64,000 bases of DNA from Elainellaceae cyanobacterium (GTDB taxonomy: Bacteria > Cyanobacteriota > Cyanobacteriia > CAZCXK01), in assembly GCA_051117555.1 (NCBI GenBank), contig JBNPEG010000048.1, positions 33,455 to 97,454 on the forward strand. Reading direction: 5' to 3'. This document shows positions 39,954-49,425 of this stretch, piece by piece. Positions within the stretch are counted from its first letter, which is position 1. The number at the start of each line of letters is the position of its first letter. Both the position numbers and the translations under genes were made by a program. A model generated the notes under the pieces. It saw nothing but the letters and a program-made list of their open reading frames with translations. It did no database searches and was not told where the DNA came from.

Positions 39954-41228
39954 TCACAACTGATGTCTGAGCAACAAACTGCATTGGCCTAAGAAACGAT
40001 GCCAGAGCGGTCGTTGCTGCCATCGTTGACGAGTAATCGCCTGACTTCTAGAAAACGCTAACTCAAAAAACTGCTCTATCTTTTGAACTAGCCCTGCGTC
40101 TTTAGTTGATAAGTTGAGTTCATCATTGTGAAAAAAGCTGCGCGAATCAAAATTTGCGCTCCCAAAGCTTATCCAACTGTCGTCAATCAGAATTGTTTTA
40201 CTGTGCAACATGCTAGGTTGATACTCAAAAATTTGAATTCCTGCTTCTAACAAGTCTCGATACATCTCTCTTGATGCGTAATAGACGTAGGATTTATCTG
40301 TGCAGGCACTCATCGTTAAGAGTCTTACATCTACGCCCTTTTTTTTGCAGTGCAATAGTCCCTTGCGAAAGTCATCATTTGGCAACAAATATGGACTCGC
40401 TAACCAGAGTCGCGTTTGGGCTGAATAGGTCAGAGTTTGTAATAGGGAACGAACAGACGAATCTCGTAGAGTGGGGTCTTCTCCTGATGTAATGAGGGTA
40501 TCAGAATCATGGTTGGTAAATGCCTTAAAGGTTTTTCCTTCAAGATCGATGACCCCTCCGGCATCCAGCCAATGTTGCAGAAAAATGCCTTCTAGGAAGG
40601 CAGCCGTCTCACCTTCAAAACATACTTCGAAATCTAGCCAGGGCATCCCTTCCTTTGAGGCTTCTTTGCCGTCCCACATATCAGAAACGCCTGCACCGCC
40701 AATGAGAACTTTGACCTGATCGATGAGTAGTAATTTGCGATGGGTGCGATCAAGGTAGTCAAAGGGCGATCGCCAATCAAACGGATTGAAGAACCGCACT
40801 TCGATGCCAGCACTCCGCAAGCGTTTCCAATAGCTATTTGGAATTGATTTGGTGCCGTAATGATCAACAACAAGCTGGATGTTAACACCTGCCTCGGCTT
40901 GTTCGATGAGTGCATCTGCGAAGTCTGATGCTCGTCTGCCGGGTGTCATGATAAAAGTCTCAAACTGAATTGAGCGTCGAGCTTGACGAATTGCAGTCAA
41001 GCGAGCGTTAAAGATGGCATCAGCTTCTAACCAAAACCCGGTAATTCGACCCTGCGTTCTAAATGAGTCTGATAGGCTTGCTAAGGTCAGCGTAAATCCT
41101 TCATCAGCAGGATTGGGAAGGCGTTGCAGGCTATAGGAACGGCGACGACGAAAGAAACCCTGCGCATACAGGGTGAGAAAGCAACTGATACCTGCAATCA
41201 AGGCGATAGTAGCAATCAGCGTTAGCAT
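39954..41228 (-). CDS. Phospholipase D family / cardiolipin synthase (ClsB-like)
   Basis: Two HKD motifs, HRKLLLID and HSKTILID; GSANFD. Confidence 0.9.
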   Translation of the reverse strand: MLTLIATIALIAGISCFLTLYAQGFFRRRRSYSLQRLPNPADEGFTLTLASLSDSFRTQGRITGFWLEADAIFNARLTAIRQARRSIQFETFIMTPGRRASDFADALIEQAEAGVNIQLVVDHYGTKSIPNSYWKRLRSAGIEVRFFNPFDWRSPFDYLDRTHRKLLLIDQVKVLIGGAGVSDMWDGKEASKEGMPWLDFEVCFEGETAAFLEGIFLQHWLDAGGVIDLEGKTFKAFTNHDSDTLITSGEDPTLRDSSVRSLLQTLTYSAQTRLWLASPYLLPNDDFRKGLLHCKKKGVDVRLLTMSACTDKSYVYYASREMYRDLLEAGIQIFEYQPSMLHSKTILIDDSWISFGSANFDSRSFFHNDELNLSTKDAGLVQKIEQFFELAFSRSQAITRQRWQQRPLWHRFLGQCSLLLRHQL

Positions 41229-41379
41229 AAAATTCTTCCAGAGTAGAATTCATTGTTAACTCAAATATCTAATTTGAGCCTAATATAATGAACTCTATTA
41301 CTAACGTGTATTGCATCACGCTAATGATGGACGTGACGTTGAGCGCAGATCCAGCGGCGTTTACCAGAAAGCCCACAGG

Positions 41380-41991
41380 TTAAGATGAGGGGCGATCGCC
41401 CAGGGTTAATAATCGCAGCAACATCAGCCCTGTCAGAACACCGTAAGCGGCCCACCCCAGCCCGGCGACGATCCCGACCAGGATGCTCGGTAAGGAGTAA
41501 CAAATCGCAGCACAGACGGCGGCACTGGTTCCACCTTTCACGGCTCCGGCGATCGCACTGGCTACAATCCAGAGGCCAACGGTTCGAGCTGGAGACTGCG
41601 TGTGTTGTCTGAGTACCAATCCTTGGGCGATCGCCATGCCTGATATCGGAATTGGCCCCGTGACAATATTGAGCCAGAAAACCTCCCACAGCCCCAGGTG
41701 ATTCCAGAGAGTTTCTACAATCGGGCGATAAAAGGAACCGCTTAGAGTCAAAATCAGGCTACCGGCAATCCAGCCGATGGTGCTGGTAAGGGGCCACCAC
41801 TGAACACGCTGCATCACCTGGCGCAGAACAACCCATTGCAGGCTACCCACAATCGCCCCAGCCCAAAAAAGGGTGGCGGCAAACTGCATCCCGTTCTCTT
41901 CCAGAAACCCCACGATAAATCCGCCGAGGAGGGTAGCGAGAACCCATCTCAGCAGAAATCGACTTCGGTGTAACGAGGTTTCTTTCTGCAT
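41380..41991 (-). CDS. Hypothetical integral membrane protein
   Basis: About six Gly/Ala/Trp-rich TM segments with repeated (L/A)Q-x-x-VLRQ motif. Confidence 0.75.
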   Translation of the reverse strand: MQKETSLHRSRFLLRWVLATLLGGFIVGFLEENGMQFAATLFWAGAIVGSLQWVVLRQVMQRVQWWPLTSTIGWIAGSLILTLSGSFYRPIVETLWNHLGLWEVFWLNIVTGPIPISGMAIAQGLVLRQHTQSPARTVGLWIVASAIAGAVKGGTSAAVCAAICYSLPSILVGIVAGLGWAAYGVLTGLMLLRLLTLGDRPSS

Positions 41992-42199
41992 GGCAATGTT
42001 ACGCAGTCATGATATCAATATACCGGGGCAAAAGAATGCCCAAGCCCTCACTATTCTATGATTTAGCTAGTCATTAGGGAGGCGATCGCTATTCCACACC
42101 TATGATAGTGGAGAAATGCGATCGCGTTAGGGTGAGAACCGGATGCTGTTTAAATTACTCTAAACAACATCAACCTACTCGTGAGATGGGGTTACAAAA

Positions 42200-42898
42200 A
42201 TGCAAACGACTCAAGAGGTTGCTCTGATTATTGGAGCGGGAGAGGGTCTTAGTGCGTCTTTGGCCCGCTTGTTTGCTCAAGAAGGAATGAAAATTGGATT
42301 AGTTGCTCGTGACATCGATAAACTAGAAGCGCTCTGTAACGAACTAGGAGCAGAACGGTTCAGTTGTGATGCTTCTCAAACAGATGAAGTTCGGCAGTTA
42401 TTTGATGAGGTAGATTCTCGTCTGGGTTCACCAGATGTTGTAGTCTATAACCCCAGCTATCGAACCCGTAGTGCCTTCATTGATCTCAATGCTACCGATG
42501 TAGAGAAGGCATTGGCAGTTACTGCGTTTGGTGGATTTTTGGTAGGACAGCAGGCATCCAAGCGAATGGTGCAAAGAGGGCACGGTACCATTTTGTTTAC
42601 CGGAGCGTCTGCCAGTGTGAAAGGATACCCAAAGTCTGCAACCTTTGCGATGGGTAAATTTGCGCTAAGAGGGTTGGTGCAGAGTATGGCGCGAGAACTC
42701 GCTCCCCAAAACATTCACGTTGCCCACTTCGTCATTGATGGTGCCATTCTTCCACCCGGACACGAAAACCCGCCTGATAATCCCGATAGTTTTCTTGATC
42801 CCGATGCGATCGCCCAAAATTATCTGCATGTCTTGCGCCAGCATCGAAGCGCCTGGACGTGGGAAGTAGAATTGCGTCCTTGGGTTGAGCGGTTCTAA
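42200..42898 (+). CDS. SDR family oxidoreductase
   Basis: IIGAGEGL, TGASAS and FAMGKFALRGL. Confidence 0.92.
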   Translation: MQTTQEVALIIGAGEGLSASLARLFAQEGMKIGLVARDIDKLEALCNELGAERFSCDASQTDEVRQLFDEVDSRLGSPDVVVYNPSYRTRSAFIDLNATDVEKALAVTAFGGFLVGQQASKRMVQRGHGTILFTGASASVKGYPKSATFAMGKFALRGLVQSMARELAPQNIHVAHFVIDGAILPPGHENPPDNPDSFLDPDAIAQNYLHVLRQHRSAWTWEVELRPWVERF

Positions 42899-42927
42899 AC
42901 CCTCCTTCCCAAAATGCTGACTATTTC

Positions 42928-43626
42928 CTAGTATGCGCCGCGGCAGGTTATTACAGCACGAATTGTCTTAAGGATTAATAGGATGTCATAGACGACAGAC
43001 CAGTTCTTTTGGTAGGCAATATCCATTTGCACCATGTGCTCAAAATCTGACTCTTGAGAGCGACCGTTTGCCTGCCATTCACCCGTAATTCCTGGTTTGA
43101 CTGATAAGCGCTGATAGTGGTGGCTCTCGTAATTCTCGACCTCGTCGAGGGTCGGGGGGCGAGTCCCAACCAGGCTCATATCACCCTTCAGCACGTTCCA
43201 AAATTGAGGGAATTCATCTAGACTCGTCTTTCGCAAAAAACGACCGACACGAGTTACGCGCGGATCATTCTTGCTCTTAAAAATATTGCCCTTTGCCTCA
43301 TTCGGAACCAAGTGCTTGAGTCGCTCCGCGCCAACCACCATTGACCTAAACTTCCACATTCTAAACGTCTGTCCGTTTAGCCCACAACGAAGCTGGATGT
43401 AGAAGAGAGGTCCTGGATTATCGAACTGGTTGGCGATCGCCACGATGATTGTGACCGGAATCGTAATCATCAGCCCAATTAGAGCACCCACGACATCTAT
43501 GATGCGCTTAGACTTACTCGTTACAGACGGATGTATGCTGCCTGAGAAGGCAAGAGTTCTATCAAAATCCGCCAACATAGAAGAATGAATTGCTGTAGTT
43601 GCAGAAAAATCAGAGGTCGTAATCAT
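42928..43626 (-). CDS. Bacterial sugar transferase (priming phosphoglycosyl transferase)
   Basis: KRIIDV, KFRSM, DPRVT, SLDEFPQF, SLVGTRP and KPGITG. Confidence 0.93.
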   Translation of the reverse strand: MITTSDFSATTAIHSSMLADFDRTLAFSGSIHPSVTSKSKRIIDVVGALIGLMITIPVTIIVAIANQFDNPGPLFYIQLRCGLNGQTFRMWKFRSMVVGAERLKHLVPNEAKGNIFKSKNDPRVTRVGRFLRKTSLDEFPQFWNVLKGDMSLVGTRPPTLDEVENYESHHYQRLSVKPGITGEWQANGRSQESDFEHMVQMDIAYQKNWSVVYDILLILKTIRAVITCRGAY

Positions 43627-43985
43627 GATTTGACACTTACTCCTAATATCAGTCAAATCAACAGGGGGAAATCAACAAGGCAAGTCAAGAAGACAAATCA
43701 ACAAGAGGGGGCGGCTTTCTGCAAATATACGGGTAAGCAAAGCAGCAACGATAGGGAAATTGCGGAGATTCGTTCAATCTTTGAACTCGGCACCTGTTTT
43801 ATGAAGCTCCCGATAAAGTTCTGAGACCAGACTCCAAACCCCATCCGTTCAAGCCATTGCTCTAGTTTATTTCAGGTTCATATCTGCTTTATCCGCAATT
43901 TCATTGATAAAGTTTCAGCAGAAATACGGAAATGCATCGTCCATCCAAGACAAAAGCCAGGTGCGATTTTACACCTGGCTGTCTT

Positions 43986-44093
43986 ATACCCATTCTCGAT
44001 TTTGGATTTTGGATTTTAGATTGGCGGGCAAAAGCGCTGAAAAAGTCCCAACCCTGCCTGTTTATCTGTGGCCTTTGTTTAAAGAATTGGTAT
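43986..44093. mobile_element. Second copy (inverted) of the ATACCAATTC-ended element
   Basis: ATACCCATTCTCGATTTTGGATTTTGGATTTTAGATTG...GCCTGTTTATCTGTGGCCTT...AAGAATTGGTAT. Confidence 0.7.
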
Positions 44094-44109
44094 TAAGCTG
44101 GCAAAGAAA

Positions 44110-45318
44110 TTAGCTCTGATTGGGAAATGGTTCCGGTTGAGCGACAACAGTTTGGGCTTGCCCATTCCGCTTCAATTCGAGGTTCAAATCGTTGCCAATC
44201 GGGCTGTCAGATACGAGTGCCTGAACCTCTTCGGACGTCGATACAGTCTGACCATTAATGGTCTGGATTACATCACCGCTTTTCAAGCCTGCTTTCGCGG
44301 CGGGTGAATTGCGAGCAACGCCAACGATTAATACTCCCCTGTCTTCGCTGATATTCAAACCGCTGTTTGGGGTGTTGTTAATCTGCTGGATAAGTTCTGG
44401 AGTGAGCGTTGCCATTTGAATGCCCAAATAGGGGTGGTCTACGCGCCCAGTGGCAATGAGCTGACTGGCAATATCTTGAACCGTATTAATTGGAATGGCG
44501 AATCCGATACCCTGAGCGCCTTGAATGATAGCGGTATTGACCCCAATCACCTCCCCGCGCTCGTTAAGCAGGGGGCCTCCTGAATTGCCTGGATTAATGG
44601 CCGTATCAGTCTGGATGAAGTCCACTCGTTTGTCGGGTACGCCTACTTCACCGCCAGTACGCCCGGTCGCGCTGATGATTCCAGCCGTGACCGTATTATC
44701 TAAGCCCAGCGGGTTGCCAATGGCGATCGCCCACTGCCCTGGACGAATCTGATTTGAGTCGCTGAGGGTCACCGTCGGCAACTCATTGGCCTCAATTTGT
44801 ACGACGGCAATGTCGGTAATGGGATCAGCCCCTAAAACCGTTCCTGCGAATGAACGACCATCTTTAAGCGTTACGTCAACGGTGTCTGCCCCGGCTACCA
44901 CATGGGCATTCGTGATGATATGTCCGTCGCGATCCATCACAAACCCCGAACCCACACCCCGCTGAATGCTTTCTGACGGCGCATTGGGAATCTGTGACCC
45001 AAAAAATCGGCGGAGGAACGGATCAAATTCGGGCGTTTGCACGGCCACCGTTCTGGATGCGTCAATTCTGACGACGGCTGGACCAGCCTGATCAACAACC
45101 TTGCTGATGAAGTCAGAATTCGTAGCTGGGGCGACGCTCGACGGGGCTGCCTGCGCTATGGACGTTTGCCCCTGAACAGCGTCAGAAACTGCCGAATCAA
45201 CACGAGAATTAATTCCCCCGGTCAAATAGTTACCTGTTGTTGCAATTCCGGCGCCGACCAGAGCAAATGAAAGATAGGTTAATGATTTTTTCCAACTATT
45301 TAGGCTATGGTATGTCAA
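44110..45318 (-). CDS. HtrA/HhoA/HhoB family serine endopeptidase with PDZ domain
   Basis: TNAHVV, DIAVV, GNSGGPL and PDZ; TTG start at 45318 inferred (ORF open to 45522). Confidence 0.95.
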   Translation of the reverse strand: MTYHSLNSWKKSLTYLSFALVGAGIATTGNYLTGGINSRVDSAVSDAVQGQTSIAQAAPSSVAPATNSDFISKVVDQAGPAVVRIDASRTVAVQTPEFDPFLRRFFGSQIPNAPSESIQRGVGSGFVMDRDGHIITNAHVVAGADTVDVTLKDGRSFAGTVLGADPITDIAVVQIEANELPTVTLSDSNQIRPGQWAIAIGNPLGLDNTVTAGIISATGRTGGEVGVPDKRVDFIQTDTAINPGNSGGPLLNERGEVIGVNTAIIQGAQGIGFAIPINTVQDIASQLIATGRVDHPYLGIQMATLTPELIQQINNTPNSGLNISEDRGVLIVGVARNSPAAKAGLKSGDVIQTINGQTVSTSEEVQALVSDSPIGNDLNLELKRNGQAQTVVAQPEPFPNQS

Positions 45319-45658
45319 CTTTATTCGGCTCCCTGTATTCAGTATTTTGCAAATCAATGTTTGGCAAATCATGACGTTTGTGCTGCACTGCGGTTTAGCC
45401 GAACGCAGAAAGCTCCTCTCACCGCGAAAGCACGTCAATTTACCCATTATGTTTAAGATAAAGAACCGAAATGACGCTGTTATGACTCCGATATGACAGC
45501 TTAACGACGATTTAACCAACAAGTAGATCTACTCATCAAGAGAGAGAGGCATCTCTCCCTTTTGTCGGGTGGTTTGTGATCGGCAAGTTGTTAACTTTTA
45601 TAAAGAAGGCATGAAACACAGTCTTTTTTGACGATGAGAACGCATTAGGAGGTTCTCT

Positions 45659-46132
45659 ATGACTTACTTAACCGATGATGCTGTAAAGCAGCCACTAGAA
45701 GCATTTCGAGGCTTCGAGGTTGACACTCAGTTAGCCCTGCTTTGGTATGCCTATGAAGAAATTAAGGGCAGTCTGACTCCCTCCCCTACCAACGATGTTG
45801 AAGGAGTTGCATCAGCAGTTTTCGATCGCATTAAGGCGATGTCGAAAGAGAATCAACTGCAAGCTCAGCGCGATATTGCTAGCAAGGCAAATACCGAAAT
45901 CAGCCGCGAATACGGCGTGTTGAGCCCACCTGCAAAGCTTGAAGTCTGGCTGCTGCTTGCACAAGGCATTGAGAATGGCACCATCATTGATGTGCCTTCT
46001 GATTATCAAGCTCCGTCAGAAGCGAATGAATTTTTGAATCAGTTCAAGAATTTAGATTTTGAGCAGCAAATCAACTTCATCCGCAATGCGGTTACAAGTT
46101 TGGGCTTAGATGTTAGTCAAACTCCTGTGTAA
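45659..46132 (+). CDS. Helical carotenoid protein (HCP; OCP N-terminal domain homolog)
   Basis: VDTQLALLWYAY, QLQAQRDI, ISREYGVLS, KLEVWLLLAQG and FEQQINF; AGGAGG RBS. Confidence 0.92.
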   Translation: MTYLTDDAVKQPLEAFRGFEVDTQLALLWYAYEEIKGSLTPSPTNDVEGVASAVFDRIKAMSKENQLQAQRDIASKANTEISREYGVLSPPAKLEVWLLLAQGIENGTIIDVPSDYQAPSEANEFLNQFKNLDFEQQINFIRNAVTSLGLDVSQTPV

Positions 46133-46156
46133 GGCGATCGCCCTTCACACCGATAA

Positions 46157-46263
46157 GATGGCATCGAGAACATAGATAACTGTTAATACTCGATGCTATC
46201 TAGAAGCCAAGGTGCTAGATTCAAAGAACATTGCTAGATAGCAACGTCTTGAATCTAGCACCT
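46157..46263 (+). terminator. Two long hairpins after the HCP gene
   Basis: GATGGCATCGAG...CTCGATGCTATC (46157-46200) and AGGTGCTAGATTCAA...TTGAATCTAGCACCT (46210-46263). Confidence 0.55.
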
Positions 46264-46311
46264 ATTTGAGTTGATACAAGCCGTTGGTTTACGCTCGGAA
46301 GTTGTCTCATT

Positions 46312-47109
46312 ATGCTACTCCGCACCATCCCCGGAGGACGAATCTGCATCACTCAGCCTGCTCATGCGTGGGTATCGGGGCAGCTAGCGCGGGCGTGGGG
46401 CAACACCGATCAAACTGGCACATTTTCTCCATGGAGAGATGTGTGCCTTGCAGCCGAACAGCATGATATTGGCTGGCTGTCGTGGGAGGCCACCCCTCAA
46501 CTCAATCCCGAAACGGGGTATCCGTATCACTTTACGGAGCTTCCAATCCCGACTCACATGGGGATTTGGTCAGATGCTAAACGGCTCTCCCTATCGTTGG
46601 GTCGATACGTATCGCTTTTGGTGTCGCTGCATGGAACGGGACTCTATGAGCGGTTTACGAGTTGGCAGCAGTCGAGCGATCGCCACCTAGTTGAAAAATT
46701 TTTACATGACGAGAAAGCCTATCAACATGAGCTAGTGGGCTTACTCAAAACAGACGTCTACTATGAATCCTCTGTCTCTCGGTCGGTGATTGAGCGCAAC
46801 CGTCAGTTGATTGCCACGTGGGACTGGCTTTCTATTCTTATGTGCATTGGGTTTGAGGGCTCTAAACAGGTGCCCGACGTGCCCATGACCGAGGGCGTTC
46901 AAACCTTGACGCTAACGTCGATTCCATCTAGCTCGAAGTCAGATGCCGAGTTCATTACAGTAACTCCCTGGGTATTTCAGGATGACTCGGTTAGCCTCAA
47001 GGTTGAAGGACGAGTTCTCTACGAGGCTCAATCTAGCGACGCAGCAATGCGGCAGGCTTTAGATGAAGCATCATGGGCAACGCTTAATATCGTGCTAACA
47101 CCTGGCTAG
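46312..47109 (+). CDS. DUF3891-like protein
   Basis: ITQPAHAWVSGQLARAWGN, EQHDIGW and LLVSLH. Confidence 0.8.
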   Translation: MLLRTIPGGRICITQPAHAWVSGQLARAWGNTDQTGTFSPWRDVCLAAEQHDIGWLSWEATPQLNPETGYPYHFTELPIPTHMGIWSDAKRLSLSLGRYVSLLVSLHGTGLYERFTSWQQSSDRHLVEKFLHDEKAYQHELVGLLKTDVYYESSVSRSVIERNRQLIATWDWLSILMCIGFEGSKQVPDVPMTEGVQTLTLTSIPSSSKSDAEFITVTPWVFQDDSVSLKVEGRVLYEAQSSDAAMRQALDEASWATLNIVLTPG

Positions 47110-47127
47110 ATCCTGATTAAATCCTGA

Positions 47128-48234
47128 CTAAATAAGGCGATCGCCCGTTTGCGGATCAAACACAAAGGCGCGGTCTAAATCAATGACCAAATGGAGGCGA
47201 TCGCCTACCCGCACTGACGTATCCGGTGGTAATTGCACATTCATAAGAGATGGGTTTTGATTCATTTCACCTGGCACCTTCGCGCGAATCAAAATCTCTT
47301 TGCCAAGCGGTTCTACCAAAATGACATCTACCATGAGCTGCCCGGTTCTACCCTGAGCAGCGAGTTGGAGATGTTCGGGACGAATCCCTACATGAATCGG
47401 GCGATCGGTATAGGGCTTTAAGCACTCCCAAAATCTATCTGGGCAGGGAATCGATTGCCCTTCAAGCACTAACATTTTGTAAAACATCGTGTCGCGATAT
47501 ACGCCTGACAAGAGATTCATAGGCGGGCTTCCCAAAAACGTTGCCACCATTTGATTAGCAGGGTGAGCATAGACCTCCTGTGGCGGCCCAATCTGCTGGA
47601 TGCGCCCTTGATCAATCACAACAATTTGGTCGGCAAGGGTCATTGCCTCAATCTGGTCGTGGGTCACATAAATGGTTGTAATTCCTACTGTTTGGTGAAG
47701 CTGCTTGAGTTCAGCGCGGGTTTCTTCTCGCAACTGGGCATCTAAATTGGACAGAGGCTCATCTAATAGAAACACCTGGGGCTGGCGGGCGATCGCCCGC
47801 CCCAAGGCCACTCGCTGCTGCTGCCCACCGGATAGTTGTCCAGGCTTTCGGTGGAGCAACTGATCGATATTGAGCGATTTGGCAACCAGCGTGATGCGAT
47901 CGTCAATGGTTTTGCGATCGGCCTGCCGCATTCGCAAGCCAAAGGCAAGATTTTGAGCAACGGTCATGTGGGGATAGAGCGCATAATTTTGAAACACCAT
48001 CGATACATCACGCTGGCGAGCTGGAATAGTGTTGACGAGGCGATCGCCGATGTAAAGATTGCCAGAAGTTGCCCGATCTAGACCTGCAATGGTGCGAAGA
48101 ATCGTAGACTTACCGCAGCCTGACGGCCCCACTAAGACCCAAAATTCTCCATCGGGGACGCCGAAGGTAATGTCATCAACAGCGATTGTTGTCCCAAATG
48201 AGCGTGTAATATGTTCGAGATAAACCTTTGCCAC
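47128..48234 (-). CDS. Sugar ABC transporter ATP-binding protein (MalK/MsmX family)
   Basis: [27 protein letters not shown] and GIRPEH. Confidence 0.95.
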   Translation of the reverse strand: MAKVYLEHITRSFGTTIAVDDITFGVPDGEFWVLVGPSGCGKSTILRTIAGLDRATSGNLYIGDRLVNTIPARQRDVSMVFQNYALYPHMTVAQNLAFGLRMRQADRKTIDDRITLVAKSLNIDQLLHRKPGQLSGGQQQRVALGRAIARQPQVFLLDEPLSNLDAQLREETRAELKQLHQTVGITTIYVTHDQIEAMTLADQIVVIDQGRIQQIGPPQEVYAHPANQMVATFLGSPPMNLLSGVYRDTMFYKMLVLEGQSIPCPDRFWECLKPYTDRPIHVGIRPEHLQLAAQGRTGQLMVDVILVEPLGKEILIRAKVPGEMNQNPSLMNVQLPPDTSVRVGDRLHLVIDLDRAFVFDPQTGDRLI

Positions 48235-48302
48235 GCGATGATGTTAATAGGGTTGCCATTGGTTAGATTACAGAATTCTGCTGAATTCGAGAACAATTAC
48301 CT

Positions 48303-49316
48303 ATGCATTCAGGTCAAATTCGATTAAACAAAGCCACGCGGGAATGGGTCATCTATGCTCCGTCTCGTCGTCAGCGTCCCCGTGATTTTCAAGCGAGCAG
48401 CAAACAGGGAAAGCCTCTCACCAATCAGGTCGAGTCGTGCCCGTTTTGCCCTCAAAATGAACACCAACTGCCGTCCATCATTGCGGAGCTGCCCGACTCA
48501 AAACCGTGGCAAACCCGCGTAGTGCCCAATAAATATCCGGCTTTAACGCCTGATGTCCATATCCATCGTGCCGAGGTTGGCATGTATCTTACCATGCCGA
48601 GCTATGGGCAGCACGAGGTAATCATTGAAAGCCCTGACCATCATAAAGATATTGCCACCATGTCGATTGAGGAGGTTGAAATTTTGATCGAAACCTATCA
48701 TCAGCGCTATCTAGATCTGATGCAGGTACACCAAAACATGATGGTGATTTTGTTTCGCAATCATGGCGATCGCGCGGGAGCCTCTCTAAGCCATCCCCAT
48801 TCTCAAATTATTGTGACCGGGATGGTTCCCCATCATATTCGCTGGCGAGAATCTGAAGCGCAGCGCTATTTTGACGACTGGGGGCAATGCGTCTATTGCG
48901 ACATCATGACCTTTGAACAGCAGGATGAGACACGCATTATTTTTGAAAACTCGTCGTTTCTAGCGTTTGTGCCCTACGCTGCCGAGGTACCCTTTGAAAT
49001 TTGGATTATGCCCAAACAGCATCAAGCCGATTTTGGCAGCATCACGCCTGTCGAAAAATCTGACTTTGCTCGCATCTTACAGCAGGTCTTGGCTACGCTG
49101 GGGGAGAGGCTACACAACCCAGACTACAATTACATTATCAATACTGCGGCTCGCTATAAGGCAGGAGAACCTCAACTCCACTGGTATTGCCAGATCCGTC
49201 CCCGGTTGACGACGACCGCGGGGTTTGAAATTGGCTCAGGTATCAGTATTAATCCATCACTCCCTGAAATCGATGCAGAATTTTTGCTGCAACCTCTCGA
49301 TTCTCTCGCCGATTAG
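48303..49316 (+). CDS. galT: Galactose-1-phosphate uridylyltransferase
   Basis: CPFCP, VVPNKYPAL and GASLSHPHSQ. Confidence 0.88.
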   Translation: MHSGQIRLNKATREWVIYAPSRRQRPRDFQASSKQGKPLTNQVESCPFCPQNEHQLPSIIAELPDSKPWQTRVVPNKYPALTPDVHIHRAEVGMYLTMPSYGQHEVIIESPDHHKDIATMSIEEVEILIETYHQRYLDLMQVHQNMMVILFRNHGDRAGASLSHPHSQIIVTGMVPHHIRWRESEAQRYFDDWGQCVYCDIMTFEQQDETRIIFENSSFLAFVPYAAEVPFEIWIMPKQHQADFGSITPVEKSDFARILQQVLATLGERLHNPDYNYIINTAARYKAGEPQLHWYCQIRPRLTTTAGFEIGSGISINPSLPEIDAEFLLQPLDSLAD

Positions 49317-49425
49317 CGCAAATCGTTAACTTTGCTCACTGAGCACATCTCAGGCTTATGGCTCCTCGGTATGCTGATGAAAGAGAACTACATTCCTCCT
49401 ATTTTCTGCCTCCTTATAGAAGTCT

